Source: Candidatus Sulfomarinibacteraceae bacterium (lineage in GTDB: Bacteria; Acidobacteriota; Thermoanaerobaculia; Thermoanaerobaculales; Sulfomarinibacteraceae). From it: a DNA stretch of 64,000 bases. Shown here one piece after another: positions 19,302 to 30,235 of the stretch. The stretch lies in assembly GCA_963785275.1 (NCBI GenBank), contig CAWAUY010000004.1, positions 477,782 to 541,781 of the forward strand, in the 5' to 3' direction. The position numbers were made by a program, and so were the translations under genes. Below the pieces are notes generated by a model. It worked only from the letters and a program-made list of their open reading frames with translations, was not told where the DNA came from and searched no databases. The stretch's first letter is position 1. Each line of letters opens with the position of its first letter.

Positions 19302-19965
19302 TTATGCCTGCCGCGCGAACCGGCAAAGAAAGTGCTGCAGTTCCTCGATATCGGCGGCCACATCGTCGGTCGGCTGAAAGGGCTCGCGGAAACGGATCTC
19401 GTGGCGGCCCCAGTCAAGAGCCGTCGCCACGATCGGCACATCGGCGGCAAGCGCGATGCGGTGAAAACCGGTCTTCCACGTGTGTGACCGCCTTGCGGGT
19501 TCCCTCCGGCGCCAGAGCCAGAATGAGTTGGTCCGCAGCACTCGAACCGGGCGACCATGATCCTCGACGACCCCGTTGCCTCCACGGGTGCGATCCACCG
19601 GGATCCCGCCCAAAAAGCGCATGAACGCGCCGAGCGGCCCGTTGAAGAGGGTGTGTTTGCCGAGAGAACCGGGTCTCGAGATCCATCGCCAGCATGGCGG
19701 CCGCACCGATCACGAAGTCCCAGTTCGAAGTGTGCGGCGCGACGATGATCACCGCCTTCGGGATATCGGGGATCGAGCCTGGAAACGACCACCCGGCGGC
19801 CTTGAACATCGGCCCGGCCGATCCAGCGGCCGACCCGCCACCCTCGCTTCGGAACTGCCGCGCCCATCTCCGGAAGTCTGACCACTCACCACCGTGCCAC
19901 CTTAGCGCTTTCACAACCCGCTGACCATGCCGGGCGATGTGAAAATCTCGAAGTCCCGTTTTCAC
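19302..19965 (-). CDS. PlsC-type 1-acyl-sn-glycerol-3-phosphate acyltransferase-like protein; frameshifted
   Basis: VIIVAPHTSNWDF (HX4D), FLGGIPVDR, LAPEGTR and VPIVATALDW are spread over ORFs 19414, 19302 and 19271. The start is uncertain. Confidence 0.7.
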
Positions 19966-20026
19966 AAGGAGCGCCTCGAAGCGCTCGCTTGTGAAAGAGG
20001 ACCCGCCGAACCGGGGGGTCCGGGTT

Positions 20027-22820
20027 TTAGAATTCGACGCGGAAGCCGAGTTCGTAGCGCCGCGGAGTCTGCCAGTTGGTGGGACCGCCGGTGTCGGCGT
20101 GGTCGCCGTTGGTGTCGGTGCAGCCGTTGATCGACTGGCACACCTGGGTGACTTCCTCGGAGCTGAAGGCGTTGAAGACCGAGCCGATGAGCACCAGCCG
20201 AGCCGCGCTGCCGACCGAGAAGCCCTTCGAGAGTTGGAGGTCGAGCTGGTAGTTCGAGTTGGCCTCGCGGCTGCCGCGGGGCTCCGCGAACCAGATGCCG
20301 TACGGCATATCCGGAACGATCACGCCGTTGTAATCCTCGCCGCTGTTGCCGCTGTTGGCATTCGGCTCCCAGGTGAAGGCTGAGGACCAGAAGGCGTCAA
20401 AACCGATCGTCCAGTCGCCCTTGATGGTGAAGAAACCGTTGAGCTTGAAGCGGTGCTGGCGGTGGTCGGCGAGATAACCGTAGCGGTTGTCGTAGTGCGC
20501 CGGATATTCATCGAAAGTCGGATCCCTGATTCTGGTCGTACTCCTGGCTGCCCTTGGAGTCGGAGTACGTGTAGGAGGTGTTGAGGGTCATCCAGTTGAA
20601 GGTCCGGGTGCTGTACTCGATGATGAAGCCCTGAGTAGTCGCGACTCGAGTTCGGGCAGGTTGGCCATGATGTAGTAGTCGCAGCTGCCGCCCTCGCGTC
20701 GGGGTGGGCCAGTTGCCGTCGCAGGTGTCCTCGAAGATGTCGTTGGTCTGTCTTGTCGACATAGGTCAGGGTCACGGAGGCCCGACGGCCGACCTCGCGC
20801 TCGTAAGCGAGACTGAGGGTCTCGGTGTACATCGCCTTGAGGTTGGGGTCGACCTGACTCGGCACGACCGCCGAATGATGTTGCCACGGGTTGAGGAGCC
20901 AGCCGTCGGGATCCCAGTTCTCGGGGTCCATGCTCCACCACAAGCCGACCGTCGTCGATCGCGAACTGCTGCGCACGTCGCGGCGTCCATGACCGATAGA
21001 ATCCCTGAGCAGGAAAGCCAGCATTCTGGGGCGCGATGCCGGTGCGTGCAGAACTCGGTAGGGTCAGAGCGTTGGGCGACATGAAGTGGCCCCAGTTGGC
21101 GCGGACGATGTTCTTGGCAGTCGCCGGTGATGTCCCAGGCGGCGCCGACGCGTGGCTGCCACTTGCTCAGGTCGGCGACCTGGGTGCCGTTGTCGGTGTC
21201 GTACTTGGCGATGTCATAGCGCACGCCGAGCTTGAGGGTGAGGTTCGGCACCACTCGCCACGCGTCCTGCAGGAAGGCGGTCGAGTTCGTGCCTTTGTAC
21301 TCCTGGGGACCGGTCGTGAATCTCTGATACCAGACGTACGGGAAATTGCCGTCGACGTCGAGTGTCGTTGAAGACAGTTGCCCGGAACATCCGGCTCGCA
21401 CTGGACGCCGCCGGCGGTGCCGGTCGAGCAGTTGGCACTCGTGAAGTTGATATCGGAGTAGACGAGACCGCCCTTGAACTCGTGCGAACCGGCGAGATCG
21501 TCGACGAACCAGGTCAGGTTCGAGTGTGATGTCGTCGCGGTTGCGCTTCGAGTATTGCTGGTTGTTGTAGTTGTCTGAATAGCATCGCCGGTGACGAGGT
21601 TGAGGTGGCCGATGGTCGCGAGATCGCCCGTCTGCGGATAGGAATCGAGTGTCGAGCGGAAAGCGCTGACCACCGTGTTCCACATCAGCGAGTCCGATGA
21701 GCACGCCGTTGAGCTCTGCCGAATAGATGTCGGCGCCCTGGTTCTGGAAACGGGCTCGCTTCGCGGCTCCATGAATGGACCGGCATTCGGGTTGTCGATG
21801 TCCGCCGGGTCGCCGGTGTACTTGGCGGTCACTCGCCAGCTCGGAGCCGGCCTGCCAGGTCAGCTTGGCCAGCGGATAGTTGCCGACGAACGTCCTGGTC
21901 GTTGGGGCGCCGATCGGGGTGGAATCGCTGTTGACGTACTGGTAGGCGGCAAAGAACCACAGCTTGTCGCGCAGGATCGGACCGCCGAGGGTGGCGTCGA
22001 TATCCTGGCGTTGACGTGTCCAGGCGTGCTGGCGTCGTAGTGGTCGCCGCTCTCATTGAATGCAGTCGTCGCGGTAGCGGATGTCGAGGGTCCCCGCAGA
22101 ACTGGTTGCCGCCCGATTTGGTCACCAGGTTGACGATGCCGCCGGTGGCGCTGCCGTACTCGGCCTCGTAGCCCGAGGTCTGGAACTGGATCTCCTGGAT
22201 CGCGTCGAAGGTGAAGTTGGTGCCGAAGGTCGCGGTCACCGGGTCGGTGGTGTTGGCGCCGTCGACGTAGTAGGCGTTTTCACCGAGGTCGAGCCGAAGA
22301 CGTTGGGGTTCCCGAGCCGCCGACGACGACACCGGCAGCCTGTGCAGGAGCACGTCTGATAGCTGCGGTTGGTGGAGCCGATCGCCGAGCCCTGCAGATA
22401 GTTGTCGGTCGTAGTTGGCGTTCGGTGTTGACCTGGGTCGGGTCGACCACCGGGGTCTCGGCCACGACCTCGATCTCGCCGCCGAAGGTGCCCATCGGCA
22501 TCTCGATGGTGATCGTTCGCGAGCCGCCGAGCGGCGACCTGGATCTCGTTGCGCTCCTGGCTGATGAAGCCCGAGAGGTCCGCCTTCAGGGTGTATTCTC
22601 CGGGGGTGATGCCGATAAAGGCGAAATCGCCCGCGCCGTCGGTGATCTTGGTCTGCGCGCCGCCGATCAGACCGGCGACGAAATCGTCACGGTGACGCCT
22701 GGCAGGGCAGCTGCCGGTGTCGTCGACCACGGTGCCGACCAACCGTCCGGTGGTCGTCTGCGCGTGCACGAAGTGACCAGCAACAGGGCGGCCACCACCA
22801 CGACGCAGTTCGATTCAAAA
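20027..22820 (-). CDS. second Oar-like TonB-dependent receptor, paralogue of 6462..9240; many frameshifts
   Basis: ATG 22820 gives MSRFLN.., then HAQTTTGRLVGTVVDD..GEYTLKADLSGFISQERNEIQV, NAYYVDGANTTDPVTATFGTNFTFDAIQEIQFQTSGYEAEYGSATGGIVNLVTKSGGNQF, and finally WQTPRRYELGFRVEF*. These blocks are colinear with the first receptor. Confidence 0.8.
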
Positions 22821-23273
22821 ATCGAGACATTTCTCTACCTCCTATGCCCTATTACACATTCATCTGTGATTTCGAGAAACCAATGGATCAAATCGATCTT
22901 CGCCTGTTCAGCAACTGCACCCGCAAGAATCCATGCCGAAATCTATCATTCAATGAATCGAGATTCAGAATCTCGGAACGATGTACGAAAAGCCGAACGA
23001 GAGTCCAAAAAGCCGTTTATCAAACCCGGTCGTCTCGTCTGCTATAATGTGCCCGGGTCCCCGCGCAGGGCCAGTCGTTCGCAGGGCCCCCAAGGAGCGT
23101 CACAATAAACGGTAGACGGAAATGAGCGTCCGGATCGCGACAGGGATTTCTCCGAAGGCATGTCACCGATCATTGAAATACGGGACCTCTGCCTGTTCTC
23201 ACTGGAAAAGTCAGGGATCCCTTCGTGCTCCCGGCAGCGACATCTCCTGGTTCAAGCCCGCGGAGGACATCTG

Positions 23274-26118
23274 ATGCGTCACGCCAGACACCCTGCCTCG
23301 CTTTCACGATTCTGCTGCTGACGGCCGGCGCCTCCGCGGTTGACCGCACCATCCCGAACCGGGTCCGACGCTCGATCAACTGGCTGAGGACACCCGGCGA
23401 CCGGTCCAGCGTCGTCACCGACCCGGCGACGGGCGTCGCCGGATTGATCAGCATTCGTCCCGGGGCTCTGGAGCTTCCGGCGTCGGCAACAAGGCGAAGG
23501 TCTTCGACTTCCTTGCCCGATACGGAGCCGCCTTCGGGCTCGACAACCCCGGCAGGGACCTTGTCCTCGAGCAGACCCGGGAGGACGGCGTCGGCATGAC
23601 GCACCTCCGCTATGCGCAGACCTACCTGGGCCTGCCGGTTTTTGCAGCGCGATACTGCGCTTCCATTTTGACGACCAGAGAAACTGCGTCGCGGTCAACG
23701 GAGCCGTGGTGCCGAACCTGGATCTCGACCCCACCCCGGTCGATCGACGATTCGAGGCCGCCGAGCATCGCCCGCAGGGCGGTCGCCAAGGATCACGGCC
23801 GGACGGCCGTACGAAATCGAGTCATCGAATCTCGAGTTGATGGTCTACCGCACCGGGCTCGCGCGCGGCATTCCCGGCACCAACCACCTGGTGTGGAAGA
23901 TGGAGGTCGGCGACGGGGCTGGCATCCGCGAATTCGTCTTTGTCGACGCCCACGGCGGTTTCGTGGTCGATCGGATCAACGGCATCCACGAGATCGACCG
24001 GGCGATTCACCACGAGAGATTCTCAAACGTGATCTGGAGCGAGGGCGACACCCTCCCCTTCTCCGACAGCACCTTCACGACCCAGCAGAACAACGAGGTC
24101 AATGAACTCATCGATGTTTCCGCCGAGACCTACGACCTCTTCTCCAACATCACCGGTGGCGAGTGGCTGTCCTACGACGGCAACGACCGCCGGATGAACG
24201 CCGTGTACGAGGCCACACCTTCGATCCTCCGTGTTCGGAGGCCGTCAATGCCACTTGGAACGGGCGAACCATCAACTTCTGCAACGGTCTTGCCGTCGAC
24301 GATGTCATCGCCCACGAGTGGACCCACGCCTACACCGATTTCACCCACAATTTGATCTATGCCTGGCAGCCGGGGGCTCTCAACGAGAGCTACTCCGACA
24401 TCTTCGGCGAGATCGTGGATCTGCTCAACGGTCACGGGCTCGACTCGCCCAACACCAAACGCACCGCCGGCGGGCTGTTCGACCTTTTCCAGCAGCACAA
24501 CCTTTCCATACCTGACGGTGACGTCGCCGGCATCCATTGCCGGTGACTACGAAGCCCGGGGCGCCGAATTCAACCCGCCGGAGCCGTGGTCGGCGAGTGG
24601 TATGGTCGAGCTTGTCGACGACGGCACCGGCACCGCCAGCGATGCCTGCGAACCCCTTCAGGGCTTTACGTCCGGCCGCATCGCTCTGATCGACCGCGGC
24701 GACTGCAATTTTGTCGATAAGGCCGCCTTCGCAGCCGACGCCGGCGCCGTGGGCATCATCATCGCCAACAACGCCGGTGACGATCTGGTGCGAATGGGCG
24801 GTACCAAACCGAGCGGTTACGACACCCCGGCGATCTTCGTAACGCAGACAACGGGTGAGGCCCTCAAAGCAGCGCTTCCCGAAGGCGTCCAGGCCACCAT
24901 CGCTCTCGAAGCTCGCGAGCGACAACTCGGTCCGGTGGCTGGTATCGGAGGACGGCGCAACGGGCGCCTTCCGCGACATGTGGAACCCCAACTGCATGTG
25001 CAACGCAGGCCGCGTTTCCGACTCGCTCTACTATTGCCTCGAGGACGACAGCGGCGGTGTCCACTTGAACAGCGGCGTGCCCAACCACGCCTTCGCCCTC
25101 CTGGTCGACGGAGGCACCTACAACGGCGTCACTGTCAAGGCGATCGGCCTGACCCGAGCCGCCCACATCTACTGGCGCGCGATGCGCGAATACCAGGTGC
25201 CCACCACCGGCTTTGCGGAGCACGCCGATATATTGGAATTGAGTTGCAGCGATCTCGTAGGCGCGCCCATGACGGATCTGGTGACCGGAGAAGCGATCCC
25301 ACAGGTCGTCAGGAACTCCGACTGCAACCAGGTGGCTGCAGCCATGCTTGCCACCGAGATGCGGCTCGAGCCGACGCAGTGCGGGTTCTCAACCGTCCTC
25401 GCACCCGGTGCTCCCCCGATCGGCGCCAGCACCGTGGTCTTTTCCGAGACCTTCGACACGACGGCGGCGCTTGAAGATTGGACGCTGACGCAACGAGGGG
25501 GTCTATCCCGAGTACGACACCACCCGGAATTGGCAGGTTTCGACCTTTCTACCTTTAGGCCGCGACGGTGGCGGGCTGTATGCCGTTGACAGCAACTTTA
25601 TCGGCAATTGCGAACCCGATGACGACGACCAGTCGGGGGTCCTGATGGCGGCAAGCCCGACAATCAACCTCCCGGCGTCGGCGACCTCGCTCTATCTCGT
25701 GTTCGACCACTACGTGGCCACCGAACCGGGTTGGGACGGCGGCAATCTCAAGCTGAGCGTCAACGGCGGCGAATTCGATCTGGTGCCGGCTGCGGCTTTC
25801 GCCTTCAATCCCTACAACGACGCGATCATCCTCTCAATCACCGATGACGAGCAGAACGAGGTCCTGAACTCCAACCCACTTGCCGGCGAGACCGCATACA
25901 CCGGGGCCGATGAGGGTTCAGTCGAGGGCAGCTGGGGCCAGTCGCAGATCGACCTCGAGTCGCTCGCGTCGCCCGGGGACTCCATCCGGCTGCGATTCGA
26001 CTTCGGCAACGACGGCTGCGGCGGCAACCAGGGATGGTACATCGACTCTCTCCAGGTGGTGGCCGGCGGCCAACCCACAACGGCGGTGCTGCGCCCCAGC
26101 AGAAGGGTCAGCCCCTGA
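23274..26118 (+). CDS. secreted M4 (thermolysin-family) metallopeptidase with inserted PA domain and C-terminal jelly-roll-like domain; many frameshifts
   Basis: ggagga RBS plus a signal (..LAFTILLLTAGASA). Propeptide-like MTHLRYAQTYLGLPVF is followed by VIAHEWTHAYT..GALNESYSDIFGE (HExxH plus the Glu ligand). The PA domain reads GRIALIDRGDCNFVDKAAFAADAGAVGIIIANN, then GGVHLNSGVPNHAFALL. The C-terminus is GWDGGNLKLSVNGG...IRLRFDFGNDGCGGNQGWYIDSLQVV. An alternative start is GTG 23225. Confidence 0.8.
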
Positions 26119-26257
26119 CTGCGTCAGAACGTTAAAGGTTGAAACGGTGATCGTTTCAGGGTGAGACAACCTGCAGCCACGGCTGCTGATCGAATTCTGG
26201 CACAAGCCTTGCTCGTTAGTGACCCGACCGGAGGGCAATAACGGTCGGGGAGCTATC

Positions 26258-26713
26258 ATGGGCAACTCAGCAGAACACACAGGCACATTCGAATACGACG
26301 ATCTGCGCGATCCTGCCGCGACGCCGGACATGGTGCACGTGGTCGTGGCCACCCGTGAAGAGGACCTCCTGTGGGCGGTGTTCGACGGGTTCTGTGAGTT
26401 GCCGACCGTTCGCGTCACGGGGTGCTCCACCCTGCCGCAGACCCGGCAGATCTGCGCGGCCGATCCGCCGACCTACCTCATCATCGATGTCAGTCTGCTC
26501 GAACACGAACCGATGGATCTGATCACCCTCGCCAATCTCTCGGATTCACAGTGCCACATCGTCGCACTCACCAACCACCCGGTCTTCGAGATCGGCGCCC
26601 GCTTCGGCAACGCCAGACTCACCTTCCTCCAGAAACCGGTTTCCGCCCACGATCTGCTGCTGTTGCTCCGGCTCCGCATCGGCGACAGCGCGCTGAAAGC
26701 GGCGGTCTGTTGA
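26258..26713 (+). CDS. single-domain response-regulator receiver (CheY-like) protein
   Basis: The intact ORF reads VVVATREEDLL (acidic pocket), YLIIDVSLL (phospho-acceptor Asp position), HIVALT (Thr) and FLQKPV (Lys-Pro). There is no output domain. Confidence 0.6.
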   Translation: MGNSAEHTGTFEYDDLRDPAATPDMVHVVVATREEDLLWAVFDGFCELPTVRVTGCSTLPQTRQICAADPPTYLIIDVSLLEHEPMDLITLANLSDSQCHIVALTNHPVFEIGARFGNARLTFLQKPVSAHDLLLLLRLRIGDSALKAAVC

Positions 26714-26787
26714 CTCGAGATTCGCGCTGATCGTCCTGACAGGATTGCAGAAAACGATGAGACGAGTTCGCTAAACCATTGGCGGGC

Positions 26788-26816
26788 TTGACAAATTAAC
26801 CTTATGCTTATATGTT
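26788..26816 (+). promoter_or_regulatory. sigma70-like promoter candidate
   Basis: TTGACA (26788-26793), a 17-nt spacer, then TATGTT (26811-26816), within the most AT-rich stretch of the window. Confidence 0.35.
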
Positions 26817-26970
26817 TAATAGCTGAGCGAGGATTTTAGAATCCTCAATCGCACACTCGTTCGAATACGCCCGTGATCTTTTGATCCCACCTGAAGATAG
26901 CCCACCTTAAATTCCTACCAAATACCATCCATAACATCCCACCTTGCACACGGGCCTTCGACGAGTGCGT

Positions 26971-27011
26971 GCAATTCAGCGACGCTGTGCGACGCAGCGT
27001 CGCTGAATTGC
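26971..27011. repeat. 17-bp perfect inverted repeat (strong hairpin)
   Basis: gcaattcagcgacgctg - tgcgacg - cagcgtcgctgaattgc, read directly, 116 nt upstream of ATG 27127. Confidence 0.85.
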
Positions 27012-27126
27012 TGTCGATGGGACGGGCGGAGCAAAACTTGTCGGCCCCCGGACCGTATCGACCAACCAAACGGAATCACCCTACCGCCCCGGTCGGTTTC
27101 CCTATCATGATGGGTGTGAGGCGTCG

Positions 27127-29293
27127 ATGACACGTGGCAAAAATAGAACCCGAGCAGCGCGCGTTTGCACGTGGGCGGTGGCCGCGCTGGTGGGATGGGC
27201 TCCCGCGCTCACCGCCACCGCGGCCCAGGTCGAGTTGCCGAAACCCGGCGAACGGTGGATCGAGGTTCGGACCGCCAATTTCCGTTTCTTTTCGAATGCC
27301 GGGACCCGCGCCACCAAAAGGGTGGCCGCGGATCTCGAGGGGTTGAGGGCCGTCCTCTCCCAGCTGACCGACTTCGAGCTGCAATCGCCGGTTCCGACCA
27401 TGATCTTCATCTTCAAAAACGACCGGTCGTTCATACCGTACAAGATCCTCTACGACGGCCGAGCGGGCTCTATGAGCGGGTATTTTCTCGAAAGCCCACA
27501 CACCAACTTCATCGCGATCGACGCCGGTTCGCACGACGCCTCGGCGATCGTCTTCCACGAATACGTCCACTCCGTCATGGCCAACAACTTCTGGTGGCTT
27601 CCGGTGTGGTTGTCAGAAGGTTTTGCGGAGTTCTACCAGACCTTCGAGGTCGTCAACGACACGGCCTTCATCGGCCTGCCGCCCCGGAGCCGTCTGGCGA
27701 GGCTTCGCGGTACGATCCTCATCCCTCTCGCCGAACTCACGGCCGTCGACCACGATTCACCGTTGTACAACGAAGAGGGCCTTAAATCAGATTTCTACGC
27801 CGAGTGCTGGGCTGTGACCCACTACCTGTTGCTCGGCGACCGAAGAGCGTCGGCAACAGCTTGGGCGCTACCTCGCCCTCATCGAGTTCGGCGTGCCGCC
27901 TGAAAAGGCGTTCACCGATGCATTCGGGTCCGACCTCGGCGGCCTCGAAAACGAGGTCCGCGGTCACCTCCGCGGCCCGCGGATTCCGGTTCTCAAGTCC
28001 AGGACCGAGATCGATGTCGACGAGTCGATGGTCATCATGGAGATGTCGGACGCCGACGTCCTGTATCGTTTGGGAATCCTCCTGGCGGCCCAGCGGCCGG
28101 AGCGCCGCGAAGCCACCGCCTACTTCGAGGCGGCCCTGAATGTCGATCCCGATCACAGCCCGGCACTGACCGCCCTCGCGTTGGAAGCGGAGGAACGAGC
28201 CGACTGGGATGTCGCCGCCGAATTGCACTCCCGCGCGGTGCGCGCCAACTCCGAGAATCCCGAGGCCCTGTTCTACTGGGGGGAATTCCTCGCCAGGCAG
28301 GGCAGCGACAGTCAGCAGGCGCTCGCCGCCCTTTCAAGAGCGGCCCGGTTGAAACCCTCGTTCGCGCCGGCCTGGGTAGCCTTGTCTCGCCTGTATGCAC
28401 GGCTTGGAGAAACCTCGCGCGAGGCGATCGTCGCGGCGGAAACCGCCCACCGGCTTGAACCCGCCAACCAGGACGCCGCCCGGAGCCTGCTTCGACTGTA
28501 TCTGCGATTGGATCGCCGTGGCCAGGCCGTCGAACTGATCGAAAGATCGCTATCGAGCAGCCCGCAGGCGCGCCGCGAGGCGTGGATGGGTCTCTTGAAC
28601 AACGACCTTCTGCGCGCGCGCGGACTGCTCCAAGACGACCGCGCAGACGCCGCGTCGGTTCGACTCGATGCGGCGCAAATGGATGTCGATCGCGCGGCCA
28701 GGCCGCAGATCATCGCACGCGGCATCGCCGACGTCAGAAGGTCGATCAGCCAGATCGAAGGAGCCAAAATTTACGATCTCGCATTTGCGGAGTACGAGCG
28801 CGGCAATCCGGAGGCCGCACGGGCTCTCCTCGAGCAGGCTCTCGAGAATCTGCCTGAAGAGGGACCGGTCACCGCTTCCTGTCGACACCTCATGTACGTC
28901 ATCGACAACCCCGAAGAGTTTGCCCCACCGGATGAACCGCGAATTTCACCGACAAGGGAGGAGATCGAACAACTCAATCGGATGCTAGCCTCCGGAGACC
29001 TTCCAGGCGCGATCACTTTTCTCGAAGGCATCGCGGACCAGTCGTCGGGTCCCGGCCAGCGGTGGCTCGACGCCAAGATTCTCGAGCTTCAACGGACTCT
29101 CGACTACAACGCATATGTGGAGACCTACAACACTGCAGTCGAGTTGTACAACCGGCAGGAGTTCGACCGCGTTCTGAACATCCTCGACCGGTTCCTGGCG
29201 ACCCAACCCGAGGGACCGCAGGCGGCTTCGGTCAGTGCCTTGATGGACGACGCACGCGCAGCACTCGAGGAACGTTCAAACCTTCGTCACTGA
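27127..29293 (+). CDS. DUF1570-like HExxH (peptidase MA-like) domain protein with long TPR/helical-repeat C-terminus; 1-2 frameshifts near 27840-27890
   Basis: The signal-like N-terminus is RVCTWAVAALVGWAPALTATAAQ. VFHEYVHSVM and WLSEGFAEFY follow. TPR-like repeats then run (AYFEAALNVDPDHSPAL.., ALFYWGEFLARQG.., LSRAARLKPSFAPAW) to ERSNLRH*. The gene joins ORFs 27127..27903 and 27893..29293. Confidence 0.7.
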
Positions 29294-29296
29294 AAC

Positions 29297-29362
29297 GGGC
29301 GGCATATATGCCGCCCCTACCCAGCCCTCGTTAGAACTGTAGGGGCGGGGCATGCCCCGCCC
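29297..29362. terminator. two GC hairpins between convergent genes
   Basis: gggcggcata/tatgccgccc (29297-29316) and gggcggggc-at-gccccgccc (29343-29362). There are no U-tracts, so these may be bidirectional terminators or REP-like elements. Confidence 0.5.
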
Positions 29363-29445
29363 GCAAGCATCCGGCCACTGAGCGACGTTCAGATCAGACG
29401 GACCCTGAATCGCACCAGCCCTCGAGAGACTCCCGGCAGCCCTCT

Positions 29446-30087
29446 TCAAAATCGAGAAAACGGACCGCGAAACCCGGTGACCTTTTCGCGGCGCGGTGCC
29501 GCGTGGCGGGCCACGACGCCCGAGCCTCGGACCGCTTCGCCGTTGGGCAGGGTGAACTCGAAGACGCAGTCGCTACCGATCGACAGCATCGGCGAGTCGG
29601 TGACCAGCATGCCGGTCTTCGAGAGGTTGACGACCCACCCCTTGAAGGTGTCTTCGTCCTCGATCCTGACCCGGACCCTGGCCGAGATCCGCGGCGAGAA
29701 TCGCGGCGCCACCTGCAGGAGATGGGCGGCCCCCTGCCCGATGACTCCGAGGTGTTCCTGTCCCGAAAAAACCAGATACGGACCGCCCTCGGCGCCGGCT
29801 CTCGCCTCGGTCATCATCTCCGGGATCGTGAGCAGGAGCAGCGACGCATCCTTGCTCGAAGCGTCTGGCGCCGTGGATCATCGCGACGAACTCCCGCAGC
29901 TTGAAGTCGGGGAGCGGGTAACGGCAGATCACGAGGTGGAACTGCTCGCGGATGGCCCGGGTCGCCGCCTCCTCGGCCTGAGCGACCGACTTCGCATGGC
30001 CAGGCTGCTTCGTTTGAGGACCGGACCGATCCGGTCGAGGGTCTCCCTGTCGAGCGCCACGGCGAGAATCCGCTTGGCGTCTTCCAC
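29446..30087 (-). CDS. PilZ-domain protein with receiver-like N-terminal domain; two compensating frameshifts
   Basis: GTG 30087 follows ggaggg. MEDAKRILAVALDRETLDRIGPVLKR.. and FHLVICRYPLPDFKLREFVAMI are receiver-like. RISARVRVRIEDEDTFKGWVVNLSKTGMLVTDSPMLSIGSDCVFEF is the PilZ RxxxR..D/NxSxxG pattern. The first and last segments share one frame (642 nt in total). Confidence 0.65.
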
Positions 30088-30235
30088 CGATCACACCCTC
30101 CAGCGACGAGTGCGGGTCGACCCGGTGAATGCACTGCACAAATGAAACCATTACATCAGTTTAGCGCATGAGTGGGAACAAATGCACAGATGGCGCGTAG
30201 TAGTAGTGACGTCCGTGATTCAACAGGAGGAATTC

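Noticed and set aside
22844-23047. 67-aa ORF in the AT-rich divergent spacer between TonB receptor 2 and the M4 protease
   Set aside because: It lies in promoter-like AT-rich DNA, has no RBS, uses codons unlike the surrounding genes, and has no recognisable domain.
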